A DNA stretch of 34,993 nt from Candidatus Nomurabacteria bacterium. GTDB taxonomy: Bacteria > Patescibacteriota > Minisyncoccia > Phycocordibacterales > UBA9973. The notes under the pieces were generated by a model. It was not told where the DNA came from. It saw nothing but the letters and a program-made list of their open reading frames with translations, and did not search any database. A program made the translations under genes and the position numbers. The stretch is from contig JADZEV010000010.1 of the NCBI GenBank assembly GCA_020850295.1, forward strand, positions 1-34,993, in the 5' to 3' direction. Every line of letters begins with the position of its first letter. Position 1 is the stretch's first letter. Positions 9,468-14,796 of this stretch are shown piece after piece.

Positions 9468-9919
9468 TATTTTTTTAACTGCTCTATTTCTTTTTGAAGT
9501 TGGGTTAGTATGGTTTGGATAGCTGTGATAGCTTGAGCTTCTTTTTGCTCTATTCGGTGATCCTCCTCGCTGTCTTCTTCTATGTCTTCAATATCTTCTT
9601 GGATTTCGTCCACATCTTTTTCAATCTCCTCAATATCTTCTTGGATCTCCTCCATGTCTTCCTGGATATCCTCAATATCTTCGGTATTCTTGTTTACTGA
9701 CATTTGAATAAAGATAGCTAAATATATTGCCTCCAAAGAAACTAGTGTTGTAAGCCCAAGTAACATTCTGTCAAAAGAAATAACACCAATGCTAGGCAAA
9801 ACAAAAGCCAATACAAACAGTATCGTATGAAAAATAAGTGAGGAAGTAGAGCCTATCCATCTAGTAGCCTTGTCAGCCCCTTTCTCAAGTTTTGCTTTTG
9901 TTCTATCGACTTTCATCAT
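9467..9919 (-). CDS. DUF1003-like membrane protein with a tandem acidic (E/D-I) repeat tail
   Basis: Two TM helices and SLEAIYLAIFIQMSVNKN, which resembles DUF1003. The C-terminal part is EDIEDIQEDMEEIQEDIEEIEKDVDEIQEDIEDIEEDSEE. ATG at 9919 or 9916 preferred over the GTG at 9937. Confidence 0.55.
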   Translation of the reverse strand: MMKVDRTKAKLEKGADKATRWIGSTSSLIFHTILFVLAFVLPSIGVISFDRMLLGLTTLVSLEAIYLAIFIQMSVNKNTEDIEDIQEDMEEIQEDIEEIEKDVDEIQEDIEDIEEDSEEDHRIEQKEAQAITAIQTILTQLQKEIEQLKK

Positions 9920-9958
9920 GATAAACAGTTGTAACACAAATTATAATATTTAGGCAAG

Positions 9959-9989
9959 AAAAAAGCCCCGAGTTTTTAATTCGGGACTT
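9959..9989 (-). terminator. Intrinsic terminator downstream of the 10003-10494 ORF
   Basis: On the minus strand, GTCCCGA..TCGGGGC followed by TTTTTT. Confidence 0.6.
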
Positions 9990-10002
9990 AACATTTTTGC
10001 TT

Positions 10003-10494
10003 TTAAGCAGTTTTCTTTTGGTACTTTTTTTGAAATTTATCAATTTGTGACCCTGGAGTAGGGCTTTCTATCTTTCTCTTGATTTCATCAAATTGATTTC
10101 CAAACTGTGTTTCTAGCCTTACTCCAGTAGCAACGTTGTTGTTATTGGAGTCAGAGCTATTTTTCCTGATCATTTCTTCGGTTGTAGGAATGTTCAGCTT
10201 TCTTCTCTGTTTGTAATTTAATCCAAGGTATGGATCAATCAACAACTTCTCTGCTATCTGTACAGCTTTTTCTGTTTGATAAACAAACAGTGATTTTTCT
10301 TCCAGTTTCCACTGTTGGCGCATTCTCCAGTACTCACGGTGATCAAGAATAATTCCTTTTTTGATCGTAAGCTTCCATGGAACATGGTTGAATTGTTTAT
10401 CAACAAAAAAACAGATATCACTTCCGTCAGAAAACATAATTTTTACGCAGTAACCATTATTGGTCACTAGCATAGAAGCAGATTTGATTTGCAT
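10003..10494 (-). CDS. Hypothetical protein (163 aa)
   Basis: ORF with a downstream terminator. No family recognised. Confidence 0.45.
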   Translation of the reverse strand: MQIKSASMLVTNNGYCVKIMFSDGSDICFFVDKQFNHVPWKLTIKKGIILDHREYWRMRQQWKLEEKSLFVYQTEKAVQIAEKLLIDPYLGLNYKQRRKLNIPTTEEMIRKNSSDSNNNNVATGVRLETQFGNQFDEIKRKIESPTPGSQIDKFQKKYQKKTA

Positions 10495-10616
10495 AATAAA
10501 GAACAGGTTTATGTAAGTTAAAAATTTATTTCTATAGTATTATACACTTTTTAATTAAAAAGTCAAGATAAAGGTATTTGCTCAAAATAGGGTTTTCTGA
10601 TATAGTTTTGCGACAT

Positions 10617-10775
10617 ATGCCACAACCAAATCTAGTAAAATTAGTAAATAAAGACACAGGAGAGACTTACTGGTCTACAAAAAACAAGAAAAAGCTTGCA
10701 GGTATTAAGCTTGAGCTTAAAAAGTATTCTAAAAAACTTCGAAAAGTTGTAACTTTTAAAGAATCAAAAAAGTAG
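10617..10775 (+). CDS. rpmG: 50S ribosomal protein L33 (Cys-less form)
   Basis: 52 aa. YWSTKNKKK...LELKKYSKKLRKVVTFKESK matches the L33 pattern (T.KNK...lelkKycp..rkh..hkE.K). Promoter TTGCTC-17-TATAGT (10578-10606) lies 10 nt before the ATG. Confidence 0.75.
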   Translation: MPQPNLVKLVNKDTGETYWSTKNKKKLAGIKLELKKYSKKLRKVVTFKESKK

Positions 10776-10793
10776 CCCAAGGGCTACTTTTTT
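10772..10793 (+). terminator. Intrinsic terminator after rpmG
   Basis: GTAGCC-caag-GGCTAC followed by TTTTTT. Confidence 0.7.
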
Positions 10794-10820
10794 GCTATAG
10801 TTTGCTGGTTAATTAAAAAA

Positions 10821-10891
10821 GGGCGATTAGTTTAGTGGTAGAACAGCGGTCTCCAAAACCGCTAGTGTGGGTTCGATTCCTACATCGCCCG
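10821..10891 (+). tRNA. tRNA-Trp (anticodon CCA)
   Basis: Hand-folded cloverleaf: acceptor GGGCGAT/ATCGCCC, anticodon arm GCGGT-CTCCAAA-ACCGC, T arm GTGGG-TTCGATT-CCTAC, discriminator G. CCA is not encoded. Confidence 0.9.
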
Positions 10892-10905
10892 CAAAATTGT
10901 TCATT

Positions 10906-11199
10906 ATGCCAACAAGTAAAATAGATAAAATGACAACCTATGTTCCTAATATTTTAGGAACAGTATTGATGAATCTTGTTCAAAAGAAGAACAAGAATAA
11001 AATAAAAAACTGGATTACCATCGCTTTATTTTTAAAAGGTAAACCTGACTCTAAATCTTCAAAATTAGTAAGATCGTTTATAGTTAGTTATCGTAAGGAT
11101 ATACCTATTCCTATTTTAAGAATTTTTGAAGAATCATTATTACCTGATGTACAAGAAGAACATCTTGTAATAGGACAGCTTTTTAAAAGACCTGTTTAG
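10906..11199 (+). CDS. Hypothetical protein (97 aa)
   Basis: ORF trimmed to the first ATG after tRNA-Trp. Basic and low complexity. Followed by a terminator. Confidence 0.3.
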   Translation: MPTSKIDKMTTYVPNILGTVLMNLVQKKNKNKIKNWITIALFLKGKPDSKSSKLVRSFIVSYRKDIPIPILRIFEESLLPDVQEEHLVIGQLFKRPV

Positions 11200-11208
11200 G
11201 GGTCTTTT
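11185..11208. terminator. Bidirectional terminator hairpin
   Basis: AAAAGACC-tgtttagg-GGTCTTTT between convergent ORFs. Confidence 0.6.
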
Positions 11209-12028
11209 ATTTTGCATATTTTTTGAACCAAGTTCTTTGGCGTTTTGCATATTGCCAGATAGATTTTTCAAGCTCAGATAACATTTCTTGTCTGGTTAAT
11301 TTTTCTTGTAAGTATAAAGCCAAATATCTGTACTCAAGCCCTAGGTCCTCAAGTCTTTTCCAAGACATTTTATTAGAGTGCAAATTTTCAACTTCTTTAA
11401 CCATACCTTTTCTCATTCTTTTAAAAAGTCTGTCGTGAATTCTTTGTTTCAAAACATCATCTGGAAAATCTAAATATATCCATTCTACATCGTATTTTTT
11501 TGTGCGCTTTATCTTTGGGACAGAGCCTAATTCTGTAGCTATTTCTATAGCTCTGATAATCCTGACTCTGTTTTTTATATCAACTGTTTCAAATCTTTCA
11601 GGATCTAGTTTTTGTAATTTTTTTGATAATTCTTCCACAGAAAATTTTTCTAATTGTTTTCTTAGTGTTTTGCTTGGTTTCACTTTTGGAAAATCTTGAT
11701 CGTATATAACTGCATCAATATAAAATCCTGTTCCACCACAAATTATAGGAGTTTTACCTTTTTTAAAAATATCTTTTATGACTTTTTCAGCAAGACGTTT
11801 GTACTGAGTTACAGAAAAAACTGTTTTAGGATTTGCGACATCTAGTAGGTGGTGAGGAACACCCTTCATTTCTTTTTTTGTAATCTTCCCACTACCTACA
11901 TCTAATCCTTTATAAACTTGTCTTGAATCAGCAGAAATAATTTCACCATTTATTTTTTTGGCTAACTCTACAGCATAGTCACTTTTACCTGTAGCTGTAG
12001 GTCCACAAACTACAATTATTTTTTCCAT
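11207..12028 (-). CDS. miaA: tRNA dimethylallyltransferase
   Basis: P-loop VVCGPTATGKS, then ISADSRQVYKGLDVGSGK and VPHHLLD, typical of MiaA. Confidence 0.9.
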   Translation of the reverse strand: MEKIIVVCGPTATGKSDYAVELAKKINGEIISADSRQVYKGLDVGSGKITKKEMKGVPHHLLDVANPKTVFSVTQYKRLAEKVIKDIFKKGKTPIICGGTGFYIDAVIYDQDFPKVKPSKTLRKQLEKFSVEELSKKLQKLDPERFETVDIKNRVRIIRAIEIATELGSVPKIKRTKKYDVEWIYLDFPDDVLKQRIHDRLFKRMRKGMVKEVENLHSNKMSWKRLEDLGLEYRYLALYLQEKLTRQEMLSELEKSIWQYAKRQRTWFKKYAK

Positions 12029-12031
12029 GTT

Positions 12032-12229
12032 GTGTCTCTATTGTACCAAGTTAGAACCTATTTTCAAAATAAATAAAGCGGACGAATTTTTGCGAAACAG
12101 TTTTCTGGGGAAAAGGATTCGCAAAAATTCGACTAGTGATTTTCTGAAATTCAGTCTCGCCCGCGCGGAGGAGGGGTCTGGGGAGGAATCCGCGCGGGCT
12201 TTGGCATTTCTTTTTTGGCGGGGCGGGTA
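12032..12229. repeat. IR-A left copy (198 bp), inverted repeat partner of 14270-14467
   Basis: By hand alignment, 197/198 identical to the reverse complement of 14270-14467 (single G/C difference near 12137). Contains the miaA promoter, a 13+5-bp AT hairpin (12084-12130), the palindrome CTGAAATTCAG, and an 11-bp GC hairpin GCCCGCGCGGA/TCCGCGCGGGC (12169-12209) followed by a T-rich tract. Confidence 0.95.
12040..12067 (-). promoter_or_regulatory. miaA promoter inside IR-A (TTGAAA-16-TACAAT, extended TG)
   Basis: Minus strand reads TTGAAAataggttctaacttggTACAATagagacacaacATG. The -10 ends 11 nt before the ATG, so the mRNA is near-leaderless. Confidence 0.6.
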
Positions 12230-12231
12230 AC

Positions 12232-12260
12232 TTGAAAAAATGCCCACAAAATGATAAAAT
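12232..12260 (+). promoter_or_regulatory. Cassette promoter (TTGAAA-17-TAAAAT, extended TG)
   Basis: TTGAAA at 12232-12237, TGa then TAAAAT at 12255-12260, 9 nt before the ATG at 12270. Confidence 0.55.
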
Positions 12261-12269
12261 GAAATTGTT

Positions 12270-13082
12270 ATGAAAATCGCACTTGCAAACCTATGTAAAA
12301 CAGAAGACTTTGCAAAACTCTCATCGCTAGATGAGTCAATTTCATTTTTGAATGAGAACAAAATCGAGTACCTCGATTTTGCCTCTGGTACAGAAAAGAT
12401 TGATGGCATGGTTGAAAAATTTAATCAATCAATACTTTCTGATGCAAAAATTGTTTGGGTAATTCGCGGAGGTAATAAATGTATTCAAACACTTGATAAA
12501 TTAGACTGGGATAATATTGTAAAATTAGGCAAACGATTTTATGGATTAAGTGATTTTACTCATTTTTCAACCATGGCAGTCTCAAAAGGAATTACCTGTT
12601 TTTATGGACAAGGACTTACTCGCATTAAACAATTTTTTCCCGCTGAAAATGATAGAAAATTTATTGCTGATTTTTTAAAAACAGGAATCCCTGTTTCAGA
12701 AAATGCAAAAGCTCTCGCTTTTGCAAATAGTGATTTAGATATTTCCAAGGAAAAAATAATTGGTGGACATCTCCTGATTTTTACACTCATGCAAAGTCTT
12801 TTAAATATAGATTTGAAAAATCGCCATTTGTTTATTGAATACCATACAGGAGCGATTGGTGAAGATTTAGATGATTTTGGATATTACCTCGACCAACTTT
12901 TGTATGTTGTAAAAAATAATATGCCAAAGGGATTTATTTTTGGTAGAACAGAAATGAAGAATTTTGATAATTCTCAAATACCGATTGATGAAATAAATAA
13001 ATACTCTGTTGAAAAGTTATCAAAATATAATCTACCAATTTATTATATTGACCATTTTAAAAACACAATTACTTTTTCATAA
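12270..13082 (+). CDS. S66 peptidase family, LD-carboxypeptidase / MccF-like
   Basis: VWVIRGGNKCIQTLDKLDW and the nucleophile motif GLSDFTH, typical of LdcA/MccF. Confidence 0.65.
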   Translation: MKIALANLCKTEDFAKLSSLDESISFLNENKIEYLDFASGTEKIDGMVEKFNQSILSDAKIVWVIRGGNKCIQTLDKLDWDNIVKLGKRFYGLSDFTHFSTMAVSKGITCFYGQGLTRIKQFFPAENDRKFIADFLKTGIPVSENAKALAFANSDLDISKEKIIGGHLLIFTLMQSLLNIDLKNRHLFIEYHTGAIGEDLDDFGYYLDQLLYVVKNNMPKGFIFGRTEMKNFDNSQIPIDEINKYSVEKLSKYNLPIYYIDHFKNTITFS

Positions 13083-13084
13083 TT

Positions 13085-13588
13085 ATGGCAATCTACGATG
13101 CAAAGACAAAGGACAACAAATGTATTTTTTGCGAAATAGTTTCTGGTAATATTCCAGTGGCAGGAAAATTTTGGGAAAATGATGAATTTATGGCTTTTCT
13201 TTCGATTGACCCAAACACAGAGGGTTTTACTTGTGTCATACCAAAGCAACATTATGGAAGCGATGTTTTGAAAATGCCTGACGATGTATTGCAGAGATTT
13301 ATCATCGCTTCAAAAGAAGTTGCTTTGGTATTAGAAAAATACTTTTCTGATGTTGGGCGTGTTGGTGTAATGATGGAAGGAACAGAAATCGATCATGCCC
13401 ATATTAAACTCGCTCCGCTTCATGGCACAGAAAATCTAAAGAAAGGAATTTGGGAACAATTCTTAAGTGGAAAAGAATTTTGGTTTGATAAATATGAGGG
13501 TTGGATTTGTTCTGGTGGAGGACCAAAAGCAAAAGAGGAAGATTTGAAAAAACTCGCCGAAGAGCTATTTAAAATACAAAAAGTTTAA
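13085..13588 (+). CDS. HIT (histidine triad) family nucleotide hydrolase
   Basis: N-terminal CIFCEIVSG and the histidine triad DHAHIKL. Confidence 0.8.
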   Translation: MAIYDAKTKDNKCIFCEIVSGNIPVAGKFWENDEFMAFLSIDPNTEGFTCVIPKQHYGSDVLKMPDDVLQRFIIASKEVALVLEKYFSDVGRVGVMMEGTEIDHAHIKLAPLHGTENLKKGIWEQFLSGKEFWFDKYEGWICSGGGPKAKEEDLKKLAEELFKIQKV

Positions 13589-13590
13589 CT

Positions 13591-14169
13591 ATGAAAACTA
13601 TTTTACTTTTTCCCGGCGCATTTAATCCTCCACACTATGGACACGCAGAAACTATTAAAATAGCTCTTGAAAAGTCATCTTTTGATGAACTATGGGTTGT
13701 ACCGTCTGGAAAGCGAGATGATAAAAATATTACAACAAACTATGAAGATCGTCGTGCCTTGGGTGAATTTTTTGTAGAATATTTAGAATCAGAAGTCGAT
13801 ATTCCAGTGAAATTGATTACAGCGGAACTGGATAATATAGACGGAAAATTTACTCGCGAAATATTAAAGGAAATAAAATTACAACCAGATGTAGAAATAA
13901 CACAATTGATTGGATTGGATGGTTTTTTACATCTTCAACGCAAATTAACTGATACCGAAGAAAAATTTATTGTTATGAATAGACAAGGATATGAATTTCC
14001 TAAAAATTTTTCTCATAATGATAATGTAGTAATTTTTGAGGGAACCAAAAAATCTATATCCTCAACTCAAATTCGGAATATGGTTAAAAACCATGATGAT
14101 AGTTATAAAAAACTTGTTCCCGAAAAAATCGCTTCATATATAGAAAGTAAAAAGTTGTATCTTTTTTAG
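13591..14169 (+). CDS. nadD: Nicotinate/nicotinamide-nucleotide adenylyltransferase-like (NadD family)
   Basis: GAFNPPHYGHAE ((H/T)xGH nucleotidyltransferase motif) and the C-terminal ISSTQIR motif. Confidence 0.75.
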   Translation: MKTILLFPGAFNPPHYGHAETIKIALEKSSFDELWVVPSGKRDDKNITTNYEDRRALGEFFVEYLESEVDIPVKLITAELDNIDGKFTREILKEIKLQPDVEITQLIGLDGFLHLQRKLTDTEEKFIVMNRQGYEFPKNFSHNDNVVIFEGTKKSISSTQIRNMVKNHDDSYKKLVPEKIASYIESKKLYLF

Positions 14170-14224
14170 GGAGCAAAAATTGTGCGCGAATGGGTGGGTG
14201 GGTCAAGCACAAACTAATTTTTAT

Positions 14225-14250
14225 ATTTCGGCGTTGCCGAAATTTCATTG
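14225..14250 (+). terminator. Terminator of the 3-gene cassette
   Basis: ATTTCGGC-gtt-GCCGAAAT followed by a T-rich sequence. Confidence 0.6.
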
Positions 14251-14269
14251 TTATATATTTTTTTCTTAA

Positions 14270-14467
14270 TACCCGCCCCGCCAAAAAAGAAATGCCAAAG
14301 CCCGCGCGGATTCCTCCCCAGACCCCTCCTCCGCGCGGGCGAGACTGAATTTCAGAAAATCAGTAGTCGAATTTTTGCGAATCCTTTTCCCCAGAAAACT
14401 GTTTCGCAAAAATTCGTCCGCTTTATTTATTTTGAAAATAGGTTCTAACTTGGTACAATAGAGACAC
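14270..14467. repeat. IR-A right copy (198 bp)
   Basis: Reverse complement of 12032-12229 (197/198). Its promoter copy points rightward into IR-B. Confidence 0.95.
14432..14459 (+). promoter_or_regulatory. Duplicate of the miaA promoter, firing into the IR-B structured sequence
   Basis: TTGAAA at 14432-14437, 16-nt spacer, TGg then TACAAT at 14454-14459. The predicted start near 14466 coincides with the first base of the IR-B homology. Confidence 0.55.
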
Positions 14468-14611
14468 CAGAACAGAACTAAGAGGCTCTGAACGAGCCAA
14501 TGCGTGGGCGTGCCGAAGGCACGCCCACTCTGTTTGCCCTGATTTTGCGGGGGAATTCAGAAATGCGGGCGCGCTTGCGCGCACTGTTTTTCCGCCAAGG
14601 AGGAGGTTCGA
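14465..14611. repeat. IR-B left copy (147 bp), inverted repeat partner of 16186-16332
   Basis: By hand alignment, 141/147 identical to the reverse complement of 16186-16332. Begins with CACCA, identical to the last 5 nt of tRNA-Leu. Confidence 0.9.
14466..14591 (+). ncRNA. Candidate structured RNA (B RNA, promoter-driven copy), ~126 nt
   Basis: A promoter lies directly upstream. Predicted helices: GAACAGA/TCTGTTT enclosing GGCTC-tgaac-GAGCC and the 11-bp GTGGGCGTGCC-gaa-GGCACGCCCAC, then CTGATTT/AATTCAG, then GCGCG-cttg-CGCGC plus TTTTT (terminator-like). GC-rich in an AT-rich genome. Confidence 0.45.
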
Positions 14612-14677
14612 AATCAGAAGCGAGGAATTTGCTTTGTCCGAAAATACAAAAAGAATTTTTGTTGTCGAAATATTTTT

Positions 14678-14785
14678 TGGTATACTGGTTATGCTCACAA
14701 TATTATTAATTAGTCAGTAGAAATGGTTATGCTAGAACAATTGTGACTAATGTTGTGATTGTGAGCCTAGCATAACCATTTCTAC
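14678..14785 (+). promoter_or_regulatory. LSR 5' region: extended -10 plus nested, mutually exclusive inverted repeats
   Basis: TGgTATACT at 14678-14686. Perfect 19-bp arms GTAGAAATGGTTATGCTAG (14717-14735) and CTAGCATAACCATTTCTAC (14767-14785). GGTTATGCTCACAAT (14687-14701) can pair instead with ATTGTGAGC..AGCATAACC (14758-14777). ATTGTGA occurs 3 times. The ATG lies 11 nt after the last arm and has no SD. Confidence 0.5.
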
Positions 14786-14796
14786 TTTATGTACAT

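Noticed and set aside
12027-12409. ORFs 12027-12230(+) and 12038-12409(-), and their mirror images 14248-14448(+) and 14500-14709(+).
   Set aside because: They lie inside the inverted repeats, appear in mirrored form simply because the DNA is repeated, are rich in Arg/Ala/Gly from GC hairpins, and have no start context.
14186-14202. The G-run GGGTGGGTGGGT as a G-quadruplex.
   Set aside because: Only three G-tracts are present, and a canonical intramolecular G4 needs four.
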